A stretch of DNA of 64,000 bases from Rhodomicrobiaceae bacterium (GCA_965247345.1 CBDFGZ010000028.1:5435-69434), one strand, 5' to 3'; counted from the stretch's first letter, positions 18,523-29,326 are shown. A program made the numbers and translations. Notes: generated from the sequence alone by a model not told the origin.

Positions 18523-18532
18523 CGAAGGTCGG

Positions 18533-19342
18533 TCAGAAGCGAAATTGTTCGGCAAGGATACGCTCTTCCAGCGCATGTCCCGGATCGAACACGAGCTTGA
18601 GGCCGAGTGTCCGTTCCTCCCGGATGGACACCGAGAGGATGTTCCTGATCTCGATATGATCGGCCACGGCACTGACGGGACGCTTTGCGGATTCGAGGAC
18701 CGTGATTTTCACGTTGGCCTTGTTCGCAAGCAGCGCGCCGCGCCATCGCCTCGGTCGAAACGGGCTTATGGGCGTCAAAGCAAGAAGCCGTGCTTTCAGC
18801 GGAAGGATCGGGCCGCCCACCGAGAGATTGTAAGCTGTACTGCCCGCAGGCGTCGATACCAGCACGCCATCGCAAACGAGATCGGCAAGACGCTCCTGCC
18901 CATCCACTGTAATCGCCAGTCTCGCGGCTTGATATGTCAGCCGAAACAGGGAGACCTCGTTGATTGCCAAGGCCTCTTTCATCTCCCCGCCCTCCGCCTC
19001 CACTCGCATCTTGAGTGGATGGATGACGTTGACTTTCGCCTGGGCGATGCGTTCGGGCAAACCATCTTCAAGATAATCGTTCATCAGAAAGCCCACCGAC
19101 CCGCGATGCATACCATAAATCGGGATTTCATCCTTCATGAACCGGTGCAAGGTCTGAAGCATAAGACCGTCGCCGCCAAGGGCTACGATCACGGAAGCGT
19201 CTTGTGGGTTAACGTTGCCATAACGCTTGGTCAGCCGCTTGTAAGCCGCCTGGGCCTCAATCGCGGGGCTTGCCACAAAGCTCAGCCGCTGACTCTGTAA
19301 CGCCAGGTTGGCATGCGGTTGACCACTCTCGCTTTGCACCAT
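18533..19342 (-). CDS. nadK: NAD kinase
   Basis: [24 protein letters not shown] and [16 protein letters not shown]. Confidence 0.9.
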   Translation of the reverse strand: MVQSESGQPHANLALQSQRLSFVASPAIEAQAAYKRLTKRYGNVNPQDASVIVALGGDGLMLQTLHRFMKDEIPIYGMHRGSVGFLMNDYLEDGLPERIAQAKVNVIHPLKMRVEAEGGEMKEALAINEVSLFRLTYQAARLAITVDGQERLADLVCDGVLVSTPAGSTAYNLSVGGPILPLKARLLALTPISPFRPRRWRGALLANKANVKITVLESAKRPVSAVADHIEIRNILSVSIREERTLGLKLVFDPGHALEERILAEQFRF

Positions 19343-19389
19343 ACCTGTACCTTACCACTTCACCTTCAGCGATCCACCGAGCCTGTGAC

Positions 19390-19743
19390 ATGCACGAGCC
19401 GCACTCTCTTATGATCATTTATACCACGCTTCCAGATGAAAAGGTTGCGCATGAGATCGCGGCGGGCCTTATCGAAAAACGGCTGGCATCCTGCGTGAAT
19501 GCGGTCCCCGGTCTGACCTCCTTTTTTCGGTGGGACAATCAGGTTACAACCGCAGGCGAAATCGCCATTTTCGTTAAAACACGCGTCGCTCTGAGGTCCG
19601 AAGTTTTAGCATTTATCAAGGAAAAACATCCGTATGAGGTTCCTGCCCTGCTGACGTTCACCCCCACGCAAGTTTCGGCGGATTATATGAATTGGTGCTT
19701 AACGGAGACGGAAGCCGATCATTCGCTGAAGACTAAAACTTGA
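19390..19743 (+). CDS. cutA: Divalent-cation tolerance protein CutA
   Basis: IIYTTLPDEKVAHEIAAGLIEKRLASCVN...FFRWDNQV...KTR...HPYEVPAL. I prefer the ATG at 19390. Confidence 0.85.
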   Translation: MHEPHSLMIIYTTLPDEKVAHEIAAGLIEKRLASCVNAVPGLTSFFRWDNQVTTAGEIAIFVKTRVALRSEVLAFIKEKHPYEVPALLTFTPTQVSADYMNWCLTETEADHSLKTKT

Positions 19744-19905
19744 GGCGTAAATAAGGCAGACGAATCCCATAAGTGATGCGGTTTTGCAACGAAAAGTTTT
19801 TACCTCGCACAAAAAATGAATATTTACAGTCACTTAAGGCGTGATTCAATAAACTTGCAATCACAGCGGTCTACGAGCATCTTAGGTATCAAGGCGGAGT
19901 GTATC

Positions 19906-20286
19906 ATGGCAAAACCGATGACGTTGAGGGAGGCAGTGCTGATAAGCGGTTTAATTCTGTCGCTTGCTCAGCCAACCGCGGGTGCATGGGCGTTCACGCC
20001 GGAACCTGTGCCGGCACCGTCGGCATCGAAACCGTCGCCTGACAGCAAGACGCCCGTTGCGCCTGGACAAACGCCTGCCGAACTTGCCGATCCGTATGCG
20101 GCGGGCAAGCCGAAGGGCACCGAACTCTCCATCCCTGGGATTGGATCGATCGGCGTGCTGCCGAAGCTCGATTTCGGTCTGGAACTGCTGTACGGCCCGC
20201 CGAATTCAAACGAAGGCCTAGCACTGGATCAACGCACGCCTGAGGCGGACGTGCAGATCAAGGGTACATTCAAGCACAAGTTTTAA
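19906..20286 (+). CDS. Exported proline-rich hypothetical protein
   Basis: Signal-peptide-like LISGLILSLAQPTAGAWA after the ATG at 19906, which has AAGGCGGAG upstream. Pro-rich middle region. No family recognised. Confidence 0.5.
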   Translation: MAKPMTLREAVLISGLILSLAQPTAGAWAFTPEPVPAPSASKPSPDSKTPVAPGQTPAELADPYAAGKPKGTELSIPGIGSIGVLPKLDFGLELLYGPPNSNEGLALDQRTPEADVQIKGTFKHKF

Positions 20287-20295
20287 GAGCAGCGG

Positions 20296-21021
20296 GTGCT
20301 CGATCAGGGTCATCGTCCATCTGAATGGCGTCAACGTCTGCCTGCATTTATGGTGCACGCGTTTACGGCGTCCGGAGCGGCTGTTGGACTTATGGCGCTG
20401 TTGGCTGCGTCGCGGGGACATCTTGAGGCGTCATTTGCGTGGCTGGGTGTAGCCCTTATCATTGATGGCGCGGACGGGTTTTTCGCGCGCCGGTATCGAG
20501 TTGCCGAGGTATTGCCCCGATTTTCCGGTGAAGACCTCGATCACGTTGTCGATTATCTGAATTATGTCATGGTGCCGGCGTTCATCGTGGCGATCGGGGA
20601 TGCAGTGCCCTCAGGGCTGATCATCGCGGCAGCGGTCCTTATAATCATGACCTCGCTTTATCATTTTGCCGACAAACACAGCAAAAGCGCCGACGGCCAG
20701 TATTTCATCGGCTTTCCCGCGATCTGGAATGTGCTCATCTTTGCGCTGTACGTTTTAGCCCCCGGACCGCAACTGGCGTTTTGCATCATCGCGGTTTGCG
20801 CCGGGCTGACCTTTGTCCCGGTGCGCTGGGTTCACCCCCTCCGGCTAAGACGCGCGCGCATTTACACGATCATCGCATCCATTGCCCTGACCGCCGCATC
20901 CGTTTCGGTCCTTTCGCACGGCTTCCCGGGCGACGTCTTCGAAAAGTCGATTGTTGTATGTTCCGGCATCTATTTCGCCATGTTAGGCATCTCGCCGATA
21001 TTCGAGAGATCAACGGTATAG
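20296..21021 (+). CDS. pcs: Phosphatidylcholine synthase (CDP-alcohol phosphatidyltransferase family)
   Basis: DGADGFFARRYRVAEVLPRFSGEDLDHVVD matches DGx2ARx8Gx3Dx3D. VHAFTASGA N-terminal box is typical of bacterial Pcs. Multiple TM segments. Confidence 0.85.
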   Translation: MLDQGHRPSEWRQRLPAFMVHAFTASGAAVGLMALLAASRGHLEASFAWLGVALIIDGADGFFARRYRVAEVLPRFSGEDLDHVVDYLNYVMVPAFIVAIGDAVPSGLIIAAAVLIIMTSLYHFADKHSKSADGQYFIGFPAIWNVLIFALYVLAPGPQLAFCIIAVCAGLTFVPVRWVHPLRLRRARIYTIIASIALTAASVSVLSHGFPGDVFEKSIVVCSGIYFAMLGISPIFERSTV

Positions 21022-21107
21022 GCACCATAACTTGGCCGATCAGCCCCGATTTGGTCAATAAACGGGACTACCGCTTCATTTGTACGGTTGATCGAAGGAC
21101 GAGTGGG

Positions 21108-22019
21108 ATGCGTGGCCCTGGCATATTTCTGAGCATCTTGCTGTTCATCGCGGCATCGCGGACGCACGCTTCGGCGGAGGAGGTCTCGTTCGATTATCTC
21201 GGCCTCGAAGTGTCGGGCAATCTCGATATCGCGCCCGGCAAGTCTCTCAAAAACGATGGCGTCGTGCTGATCGTTCACGATACCCTGGGACACGATAAAA
21301 TGGAGCCGGTCGCCGCCCTTCAGGACAGCCTGAAGGATGTTGGCGTAAACTCGCTGGCGATTACCCTCAGTCTCGGATTAAACAAGCGGAAGGGCATGTT
21401 TCCCTGCAATCTTGAACAGGACCATCGCCACGAAGATGCCCTCGAAGAAATCGTCGGCTGGGTGCGCTGGCTGAAGGAGAAGGGCGCGCCTTCGATCACG
21501 GTGGCGGGCCTTGGCCGTGGTGCCAATCAGGTGGCGCTCTATGCGATCAACAAGCTCGACAAGACCGTAAAACGCGCGGTGCTGATTTCTCCGCTGATGC
21601 AAGCGCCCGAGAAAGCGGAGACCGCTTATCAAAGCCGCTTTCGCCGTCCACTCCGGGAAGAACTGGGAAAAGCTGAGGAATTGGTTGCCAGCGACGACGG
21701 CAATCAGCTTCTGGATGTTCCAGGCTTTCTAACGTGCGAAACCGCAAAGGTTACCGCAGGGGCGTTTGCGAACTACTATGGTGCCAACCCTAAGTTTTTA
21801 ACCACAAACCTGCTTCAAAGCATAAAGATACCTGTCCTTGTGGTGACTGCGGAACTTGACCCCAACGCCGCCGATATCCAATCCGCGCAAAAGGAAGTCA
21901 CCATCCCGAAAACCGCAACAATCGCGATCATTTCCGGTGCCGATGCGGACTTTCGCGATGGCGGTGACGATCTCGCGAAAAAGATCAAGGATTTTCTCGG
22001 CCGTCGCAGCGAGGGCTGA
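21108..22019 (+). CDS. Secreted alpha/beta hydrolase-fold protein (hypothetical)
   Basis: The ATG at 21108 gives signal peptide MRGPGIFLSILLFIAASRTHASA. LIVHD...GLGRGAN is arranged like an alpha/beta hydrolase. The track ORF from 20781 overlaps pcs. Confidence 0.55.
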   Translation: MRGPGIFLSILLFIAASRTHASAEEVSFDYLGLEVSGNLDIAPGKSLKNDGVVLIVHDTLGHDKMEPVAALQDSLKDVGVNSLAITLSLGLNKRKGMFPCNLEQDHRHEDALEEIVGWVRWLKEKGAPSITVAGLGRGANQVALYAINKLDKTVKRAVLISPLMQAPEKAETAYQSRFRRPLREELGKAEELVASDDGNQLLDVPGFLTCETAKVTAGAFANYYGANPKFLTTNLLQSIKIPVLVVTAELDPNAADIQSAQKEVTIPKTATIAIISGADADFRDGGDDLAKKIKDFLGRRSEG

Positions 22020-22199
22020 TCCCGAAGGTGAAATTGGGCGGCTTCGAAAAACAGCTCGGATCACGTTCGAATCCCGGCTTGACTTTGTTAACATGGCTAT
22101 TAGAACAAAACGGGGAATAAATGACTGGCTCGAAGCCGCTTGAAATCTGGTGCGGGCGTAGTCGCCATAACGGTGTGCAGATCGGAAAAGGCCCAAGGC

Positions 22200-23609
22200 A
22201 TGAGCGCGCAAAGAACGCTTTACGATAAAATCTGGGACGATCATATCGTGGAAACGGCACCCGATGGCACGAGTCTTCTCTATATCGACCGGCATCTCAT
22301 TCATGAAGTGACCAGCCCGCAGGCTTTCGAGGGGTTGCGCAAGGCGGGTCGCCGTCCGCGTTCACCTCAAAAGGCGCTGGCCGTTGTCGATCATAATGTT
22401 CCCACCACGGACCGCAGCCATGGCATCGATGACCCTGAAAGTGCGCTCCAGGTGCGGACGCTCGCGGAAAATTGTGCCGAATTCGGCATCGAGTATTATA
22501 GCGAGCGCGATCACCGGCAGGGGATCGTTCATATCATTGGCCCCGAGCAGGGTTTCACGCTTCCCGGTACGACCATCGTCTGTGGCGACAGCCATACGTC
22601 AACCCATGGCGCTTTCGGCGCGCTCGCTCACGGGATCGGAACCTCCGAAGTTGAGCACGTCCTCGCGACGCAGACCCTGATCCAGAAAAAAGCCAAGAAC
22701 ATGCGTGTCACTGTCGATGGCGGGCTGGCGAACGGCGTTACCGCCAAGGACATCATTCTGGCGATCATCGGCGAGATCGGCACGGCGGGCGGAACGGGCT
22801 TTGTGATCGAGTACGCGGGCGAGGCTATCCGCGCGCTGTCGATGGAAGGGCGGATGACGGTCTGCAATATGTCGATTGAAGGCGGCGCTCGCGCTGGCAT
22901 GATCGCTCCTGACGAGAAAACGTTCGATTATGTCAAAGGTCGGCCACGGGCACCGAAAGGCGCGGGCTGGGATTTTGCGAAGCGTTACTGGGAAGCGCTC
23001 CCTACCGACCGCGAGGCCTGGTTCGACCGCGAGGTGAGGCTTGACGCGGGCAATCTGCCACCGCTCGTCACGTGGGGCACAAGCCCCGAGGATGTCGTAG
23101 CCATCACCGGCGTTGTGCCAGACCCCGCGCTCGTGTCCGATGACGGCAAGCGCGACGCCATATCGAGATCGCTGGCGTATATGGGTTTGAGGCCGGGTAC
23201 GAAAATGACCGATATCACCATAGATCGCGTCTTTATCGGGTCGTGCACCAATGGACGTATTGAAGACCTGCGCGCAGCCGCGGGTATTCTGGACGGAAAA
23301 CGCGTGGCCTCAAGCGTCTCCGTGATGGTCGTACCCGGGTCGGGTCTCGTCAAGGAACAGGCGGAAGCTGAGGGGCTCGACAAGATCTTTATGGCATCTG
23401 GAGCGGAATGGCGGGAGCCTGGATGTTCCATGTGTCTTGCCATGAACGCGGACAAGCTTCGTCCGGGCGAGCGCTGCGCGTCGACGTCGAACCGGAATTT
23501 CGAAGGTCGGCAGGGTCATAAGGGACGAACACATCTTGTTTCGCCAGCCATGGCGGCGGCGGCGGCCGTTGCGGGCCGCTTCGTGGACATCCGAACGTTA
23601 ATGGCTTAA
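22200..23609 (+). CDS. leuC: 3-isopropylmalate dehydratase large subunit
   Basis: [31 protein letters not shown] and CSMCLAMN (Fe-S ligands). Confidence 0.95.
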   Translation: MSAQRTLYDKIWDDHIVETAPDGTSLLYIDRHLIHEVTSPQAFEGLRKAGRRPRSPQKALAVVDHNVPTTDRSHGIDDPESALQVRTLAENCAEFGIEYYSERDHRQGIVHIIGPEQGFTLPGTTIVCGDSHTSTHGAFGALAHGIGTSEVEHVLATQTLIQKKAKNMRVTVDGGLANGVTAKDIILAIIGEIGTAGGTGFVIEYAGEAIRALSMEGRMTVCNMSIEGGARAGMIAPDEKTFDYVKGRPRAPKGAGWDFAKRYWEALPTDREAWFDREVRLDAGNLPPLVTWGTSPEDVVAITGVVPDPALVSDDGKRDAISRSLAYMGLRPGTKMTDITIDRVFIGSCTNGRIEDLRAAAGILDGKRVASSVSVMVVPGSGLVKEQAEAEGLDKIFMASGAEWREPGCSMCLAMNADKLRPGERCASTSNRNFEGRQGHKGRTHLVSPAMAAAAAVAGRFVDIRTLMA

Positions 23610-23804
23610 ACGCAGTCGGACAAAGCTTGAATGTGAAATGTATTTGTGGTTTTGGCCGTTAACTTGCATTCGGTTTGGTAAATGGCCGTGGCGCTCAGTT
23701 TGAGATTGAAGGCTCTCGTCTTAGCGTGCACGCTATTGTGATTTCACGCTGGTGAAAAACGTGGTCGTCCATAAGAAGCGTCTGGCATCGGGATAGTAAA
23801 GGTT

Positions 23805-24347
23805 ATGACCAACCCTGAAATCGATCTAAAAGCTCTGATACGGACCATTCCCGGATATCCTAAACCGGGCATCATGTTTCGCGATATCACGACCCTGATC
23901 GGGCATGCGGAGGGTTTCCGCGAAACGATCCGGCAAATGGGGGGTGCGTTCGACGCGTCGGAGATCAATGTCGTCGCTGGCATCGAGGCGCGGGGCTTTA
24001 TTGTGGGCGCGGCTATTGCGGATCGTCTCGGCGTCGGGTTCGTGCCGATCAGAAAAAAAGGAAAGCTTCCCGGCAAGGCGATTGGTCAGGATTACGCGCT
24101 CGAATACGGAACCGATGTCATTGAAATGCATGAGGATGCGATCACGCCGGGGACGAAAGTCCTGATCGCGGACGACCTCATTGCCACCGGTGGCACGGCT
24201 GAAGCTGCGGTGAAACTGATCAGGCGCACCGGCGCTCACGTTTCGGGCGCGGTTTTCATCGTCGATCTGCCAGATCTCGGCGGGATGGCGCGGCTTGCGC
24301 AGATGGGCGTGAAAACCCGGGCGCTCATTGCTTTCGAGGGGCATTAA
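23805..24347 (+). CDS. apt: Adenine phosphoribosyltransferase
   Basis: IPGYPKPGIMFRDIT and VLIADDLIATGGT (PRPP motif). Confidence 0.95.
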   Translation: MTNPEIDLKALIRTIPGYPKPGIMFRDITTLIGHAEGFRETIRQMGGAFDASEINVVAGIEARGFIVGAAIADRLGVGFVPIRKKGKLPGKAIGQDYALEYGTDVIEMHEDAITPGTKVLIADDLIATGGTAEAAVKLIRRTGAHVSGAVFIVDLPDLGGMARLAQMGVKTRALIAFEGH

Positions 24348-24808
24348 AGCAATATTGCATCAAAAGCGGGATGGTCGACCTTGGCAGCATCATAAACTCA
24401 TCACAAGACAGTTGGCGTCGCAGACAAATTTTGTCCGGATCTCGCAATCAGGTTGTGCTGATTCGCTTGTCGCCGTTCACCTGATTAGATGAGAATAAAC
24501 TCCAGACGGCATTAGACTTCAAGACCTGCAGAGCCATGGCCATGAGGCCATATATGGCAGCTCTTGAGCTTGCACCGGGATACTGGAAGGGAGGTCGTCC
24601 TCCGCGTGAACAAAAACGGTTAGTTGTACGGTCAGGCTCTTTTGCGGACAAAAACGAACTTGACGTCAAAGGTTAACTTGGTCTTATTCCAGCTTGTGTC
24701 TTCGGCTCATGCATGTATTTGAAAGATGAGACCGGAAGCGCAAAATCTGACTCCTGCCGCGTGTTTAGTTTTGCGAACCAACTCAAGGAGGCTTGTCAGC
24801 GCACCCCG

Positions 24809-25963
24809 ATGAATGAATTCGTTCGTGCGACAAGCCATGCCACTCGTCACCACTCCGCCGTAACCATCAACGATCCGCTTCCCCTCGATAACGGAAAGGC
24901 GCTGTGCCCTTTCGATATCGCTTATAGCACCTACGGCGTTTTGAACGCCGCCCGCACCAACGCTGTCCTGATCTGCCACGCTTTGACCGGTGACCAGCAT
25001 GTTTCTGGCATCAATCCGACCACCGGCAAGCCCGGATGGTGGGAAACCATTGTCGGTTCGGGCAAGCCAGTGGATACGGACCGATACTTCGTGATTTGTT
25101 CGAATATCATCGGCGGCTGCATGGGCTCTACAGGCCCGGCATCCATCGATCCGGCGACCGGAAAACCTTACGGCTTGAACTTCCCGGTGATCACCATAAA
25201 GGATATGGTGCGGGCGCAGTCTCGCCTGATCGATTTGCTCGAAATTCCCGATCTGTTCTGCGTGATCGGCGGTTCGATGGGCGGTATGCAGGTCCTAGAA
25301 TGGTGCGCGAGCTTCGGCGGGCGCGTCTTCAGCGCCGTTCCCATCGCCACCGCCCCCCGGCATTCCTCGCAAAATATCGCGTTTCATGAGGTCGGCCGGC
25401 AAGCGGTGATGGCGGACCCGGAGTGGTGTGGCGGCCGGTATCTGACCGAGGGCCGCAATCCCGCTAAAGGGCTTGCCGTCGCGCGGATGGCGGCACATAT
25501 CACCTATTTGTCAGACGAGGCGTTACATCGCAAGTTCGGGCGCAATCTGCAAAACAGGGAAAAAGTCACGTTCGGCTTCGATGCGGATTTCCAGGTGGAA
25601 AGCTATCTTCGCTATCAAGGCAATGCCTTTGTCGACCGGTTTGACGCAAACAGTTACCTTTATATTACCCGCGCCATGGATTATTTCGACCTGGCCGCCG
25701 ATCACGGGGGCATTTTAGCGAAAGCGTTTGCTCACACGAAGACGCGGTTTTGCATCGTCTCGTTTACGAGCGACTGGCTCTATCCCACGCGGGAAAGCCG
25801 TGCGATCGTGCAGGCCCTGAACGCGGTTGCGGCAAACGTCAGTTTCGTCGAGATCGAGAGTGACAAAGGGCACGATGCCTTTCTTCTTCACGAGCCGGAA
25901 TTGTTCGACACAGTGCGCGGTTTTCTGGCTTCTGCAGCGGACAAACGCGGCCTTCACGTCTAA
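24809..25963 (+). CDS. metX: Homoserine O-acetyltransferase
   Basis: [22 protein letters not shown] (nucleophile elbow) and SDWLYP. The start at 24809 is chosen by homology extent; the track start at 24713 is possible. Confidence 0.9.
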   Translation: MNEFVRATSHATRHHSAVTINDPLPLDNGKALCPFDIAYSTYGVLNAARTNAVLICHALTGDQHVSGINPTTGKPGWWETIVGSGKPVDTDRYFVICSNIIGGCMGSTGPASIDPATGKPYGLNFPVITIKDMVRAQSRLIDLLEIPDLFCVIGGSMGGMQVLEWCASFGGRVFSAVPIATAPRHSSQNIAFHEVGRQAVMADPEWCGGRYLTEGRNPAKGLAVARMAAHITYLSDEALHRKFGRNLQNREKVTFGFDADFQVESYLRYQGNAFVDRFDANSYLYITRAMDYFDLAADHGGILAKAFAHTKTRFCIVSFTSDWLYPTRESRAIVQALNAVAANVSFVEIESDKGHDAFLLHEPELFDTVRGFLASAADKRGLHV

Positions 25964-25979
25964 CTGGTAAGCATGCATA

Positions 25980-26693
25980 ATGGTTTTGACCCTTGAGAAC
26001 ATCACTGACGTTCGTTCGGCCTACCGGACGCAGCCGCGCATCGATCTTGTGCTCATCGCCGGTATGGTTGAAAAAAACGCGCGTGTGCTCGACGTGGGGT
26101 GCGGCACTGGCGAGCTTTTGCGACTGCTGGAGGCCGAAAAAGCCGTGGACGGCCGAGGCATCGAGTTGAGCCAATCCGGCGTCAATTTCTGCGTCGCAAA
26201 AGGACTATCGGTCATTCAGGGTGACGCGGACCGCGATCTTGTGAACTATCCGGATCAGGCGTTCGACTATGCCATCCTGAGCCAGACACTTCAGGCAACC
26301 CGTCAGCCGAAAGCGGTTCTGGAGGAACTTCTGAGGATCGCGCGGCACGTCATCGTTTCATTTCCAAACTTCGGCCACTGGACGATGCGGTTGCAACTGC
26401 TGCTTTATGGACGGATGCCGATCACCCGCCAGTTGCCCGAAACGTGGTATGAGACGCCGAACATCCACTTCTGCACGATCAATGATTTTCTCGGCTTGTG
26501 TGAGGTGGTTGACGCCGAGGTCGAAAACAGGATGGCTCTCACTCGTCGCGGGCATCAACTCAGCGGCTGGTTGCCGTTGCATTTTCACAACTTACTCAGC
26601 CAGCAGGGCGTCTTTCTGCTCACTAAGAGAATTGGGGGATCGACGCGCAGATTAAGGCAAACGAACCGCAGTTCCCGCCTCGCGAGCATGTAA
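25980..26693 (+). CDS. metW: Methionine biosynthesis protein MetW
   Basis: VLDVGCGTGELL, SFPNFGHW and HFCTINDF. Lies immediately downstream of metX. Confidence 0.9.
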   Translation: MVLTLENITDVRSAYRTQPRIDLVLIAGMVEKNARVLDVGCGTGELLRLLEAEKAVDGRGIELSQSGVNFCVAKGLSVIQGDADRDLVNYPDQAFDYAILSQTLQATRQPKAVLEELLRIARHVIVSFPNFGHWTMRLQLLLYGRMPITRQLPETWYETPNIHFCTINDFLGLCEVVDAEVENRMALTRRGHQLSGWLPLHFHNLLSQQGVFLLTKRIGGSTRRLRQTNRSSRLASM

Positions 26694-26777
26694 GTAAATC
26701 ACATTGGGCTTTGAACTTTACCGTTACGCCACCCCCTTGCGAACCTCACAACCAATAGAAAAAAGCGAAACGAAGGG

Positions 26778-26852
26778 CTTGACCCTGCCATTCAGCGAAA
26801 CAGCCTGCATGCTTCAGATGAGCATCGATGGCCGATCAAACCCGGCCATGAC
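26778..26852. repeat. Intergenic inverted-repeat element, degenerate/partial copy 2
   Basis: The right arm GATGGCCGATCAAACCCGGCCATGAC matches the right arms at 9544-9568 and 39439-39464. The left arm is degenerate (CTTGACCCTGCCATTCAG). Confidence 0.5.
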
Positions 26853-26878
26853 GAAATTTGATCTAAATACGATCGACC

Positions 26879-27823
26879 TTAATAGGACTTTGCCAGATCC
26901 ATTCCAGCATAAAGGTTGGCGACCTGCTCCGCATAACCGTTGAACGGTAAGGTTGGCCGCTTTTTCGCAAACAAACCGCTGCCTTCGCCGATGCGACGTT
27001 CGCTTGCCTGGCTCCACCGTGGATGGTCAACGGCTGGGTTCACGTTAGAATAAAAGCCATACTCGCGTGGATTTTGAATATTCCAGGATGTTTTCGGCTG
27101 CGTGTCCGTGAGAGTGATGCGTGTAACCGACTTTATACTTTTGAAGCCGTATTTCCACGGAACCACAAGCCGGACAGGCGCGCCATTTTGATTAGGCAGC
27201 GTTTCACCGTATAGACCGGTGGCCATGAGGGTCAACGGATGGAGCGCTTCGTCGAGCCGTAGCCCTTCGACATAGGGCCAGTCCAGGGCTTGCAGCAATC
27301 CGCGCTGGCCACGCATTTCGGATGGCCGCACAACGGTTTCAAACGCGACAAACTTTGCCGATCCCAACGGTTCGACGCGATTAAGCAACGCCGACAACGA
27401 GAACCCCACCCAGGGGATGACCATCGACCAGCCCTCCACGCACCGCATTCGGTAGACACGTTCTTCCAGCGTCACGCCTTTCAACACATCTTCAAGGGCT
27501 AGGGTCGCTGGCTTCGACACCAACCCATCGATCTTGATCGACCACGGATCGGGCTTGAACGTGGAGGCATAATCGGCGGGATCTGCTTTGTCCGTACCGA
27601 ACTCGTAATAGTTGTTGTAGGTGGTGATGTCTTTCTTCGAGGTTTGTGGTTCGTCCAGCGTAATGACACCCTTTGTGAAAATAAGCGGGGCGGCTTCAGA
27701 GACAGCAGAAAATCCCACAGTCGCGGCGGTGGCCGCGGCTCCGAAAACAAAATCGCGACGCCGAAGGTATGCGGACAGAGGGGTGATCTCCGAGGATGGT
27801 ATATTCTTATTCTTGTGCTTCAT
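26879..27823 (-). CDS. msrP: Protein-methionine-sulfoxide reductase catalytic subunit (molybdopterin, YedY family)
   Basis: Tat signal [29 protein letters not shown] and [13 protein letters not shown]. Confidence 0.9.
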   Translation of the reverse strand: MKHKNKNIPSSEITPLSAYLRRRDFVFGAAATAATVGFSAVSEAAPLIFTKGVITLDEPQTSKKDITTYNNYYEFGTDKADPADYASTFKPDPWSIKIDGLVSKPATLALEDVLKGVTLEERVYRMRCVEGWSMVIPWVGFSLSALLNRVEPLGSAKFVAFETVVRPSEMRGQRGLLQALDWPYVEGLRLDEALHPLTLMATGLYGETLPNQNGAPVRLVVPWKYGFKSIKSVTRITLTDTQPKTSWNIQNPREYGFYSNVNPAVDHPRWSQASERRIGEGSGLFAKKRPTLPFNGYAEQVANLYAGMDLAKSY

Positions 27824-28254
27824 GTCGCACTCCGGCTAAGATCGAGGAAAGATACAACCCATCACGGACAGTCATGCCACGGCAGGGATAAAAAGATATA
27901 CGTTGTTGACCGACTCACAGTGACATGGCGAATTAATTTACTGTGATCGAAAGGTGAAGCGCGCCGGCGACGGCGTGAATAAGCTCTGACTGCCGCCAGG
28001 CGCGGCAGAGTTCCGGCGCGATTTATGTGACGGCGACCGATAGAATGCGGGGGGCGAGCTTCGACCCTCATCTTCCATGGTGAACCATGACCGAATTCGG
28101 TACTAGAGCATCGGGCGCAAAAGTCTAAGCGGTTTTGCGCAAAAACGATGCGACAAAACAAAAACTTAGTGCACCCTGTCTAATTCCGATAAAAGCATGG
28201 CGCTGTAACGCACGCCGATGCCTGGGTTCAGATGAAATATGTTCGTCTTATGCA

Positions 28255-28548
28255 TTATCCCGAGCAGCCCTGCGCCCGTTCGGCGGCCTGAATTTGTGCG
28301 ACTTGCTGAGCGTCATATCCGGTCAGGCGCCCGAAAGGCGCGAAACATCCGGCCCCGAACACTGCGCGTGCCCGCGCGGTCTGAAAGCAATACCCGTTGC
28401 GAGCGTAGATCGCATTACGCGCATACCAGAGCGAACCGCAACTCTGACCGTAATATTGGGCTTGAGCATCGGCTAAGATGCCGCCTGCCGTGAGCAGGGA
28501 GGCAGACACGAATGCCGCGATCACTAAACTTTTAATACTGAACTTCAT
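28255..28548 (-). CDS. YARHG-domain small secreted protein
   Basis: Signal peptide MKFSIKSLVIAAFVSASLL. The core LWYARNAIYARNGYCF matches the YARHG domain signature. Confidence 0.65.
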   Translation of the reverse strand: MKFSIKSLVIAAFVSASLLTAGGILADAQAQYYGQSCGSLWYARNAIYARNGYCFQTARARAVFGAGCFAPFGRLTGYDAQQVAQIQAAERAQGCSG

Positions 28549-28645
28549 AGACCGATCCCGTTTTTCTTTAGCAATCTCAGCACTATACCCTATCTCTCGC
28601 GGTTAGGGAGCACGCCACGTTTTAGACTTTCGGCGAAGCCTGCGC

Positions 28646-29323
28646 TTGACGATGATCGAATTCTCGCTTAATAGTGATGAAAGTCGTAATTCATCAAAGA
28701 ACAGTCATCCCTTGATAATTTCCATACCACCGAATATCGAGGACACGAAACGGAGAATTCTCACCGAGGCCGAGAAGCTGTTCCGCCATTATGGTTATGC
28801 GAAAACCACGGTGTCGGAGATCGCGGCAGCGTGTGGCATGTCACCCGCCAACGTGTACCGGTTCTTCGCTTCCAAAGCGCAAATTAACGAGGCCATCTGC
28901 GACCGCATCATCGCCGATCTTGAAGGCCAACTCAGCGACATCGTAAGGGCGGACAGGCCCGCATCTCAGCGGTTGACCGAACTCATCGCTCTTCTCGCAA
29001 GGCACACGCTGGAAACTCTGGTCGACGAGAAAAAAGTGCACGACATGGTCGTGGTCGCGATGGAAGAGCAATGGGATGCCATCCAGCGTCATCTCGAAAC
29101 GACAGCCAGGATGATCGCGGAGATCATACAAAGCGGAATTGCGGCGGGTGAATTCCGGTCGCAAGCGGATGTCATGAGGACTGCACGCTGCGTGCACTGC
29201 GCGATTGCGGCGCTTAAGCATCCCGTCATCGTGGCACAGTGCCGCGACGACCCTGAGCTGCCCGGGCCGCAGGAGATGGCAGCCTTTGTCATCGCGGCGT
29301 TAAAAGCCGACAGTCGTTCGTGA
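28646..29323 (+). CDS. TetR/AcrR family transcriptional regulator
   Basis: HTH region AEKLFRHYGYAKTTVSEIAAACGMSPANVYRFF. Lies directly upstream of the RND pump genes. The start is uncertain (TTG at 28646 or a nearby ATG). Confidence 0.85.
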   Translation: MTMIEFSLNSDESRNSSKNSHPLIISIPPNIEDTKRRILTEAEKLFRHYGYAKTTVSEIAAACGMSPANVYRFFASKAQINEAICDRIIADLEGQLSDIVRADRPASQRLTELIALLARHTLETLVDEKKVHDMVVVAMEEQWDAIQRHLETTARMIAEIIQSGIAAGEFRSQADVMRTARCVHCAIAALKHPVIVAQCRDDPELPGPQEMAAFVIAALKADSRS

Positions 29324-29326
29324 AAG

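Noticed and set aside
18523-18672. Upstream extension of the SDR ORF into nadK
   Set aside because: The Rossmann motif starts right after the internal Met (MRAVLVTGG). The extension overlaps the nadK coding end.
20781-21107. Upstream extension of the alpha/beta hydrolase ORF overlapping pcs
   Set aside because: The internal ATG at 21108 yields a canonical signal peptide. The extension lies in an alternative frame of pcs.
28115-28140. Hairpin GCGCAAAA-N10-TTTTGCGC in the msrP/YARHG intergenic region, possibly another repeat family
   Set aside because: There is only one copy in this window and no flanking T-tract in a terminator-compatible position. I cannot support either a repeat or a terminator call.
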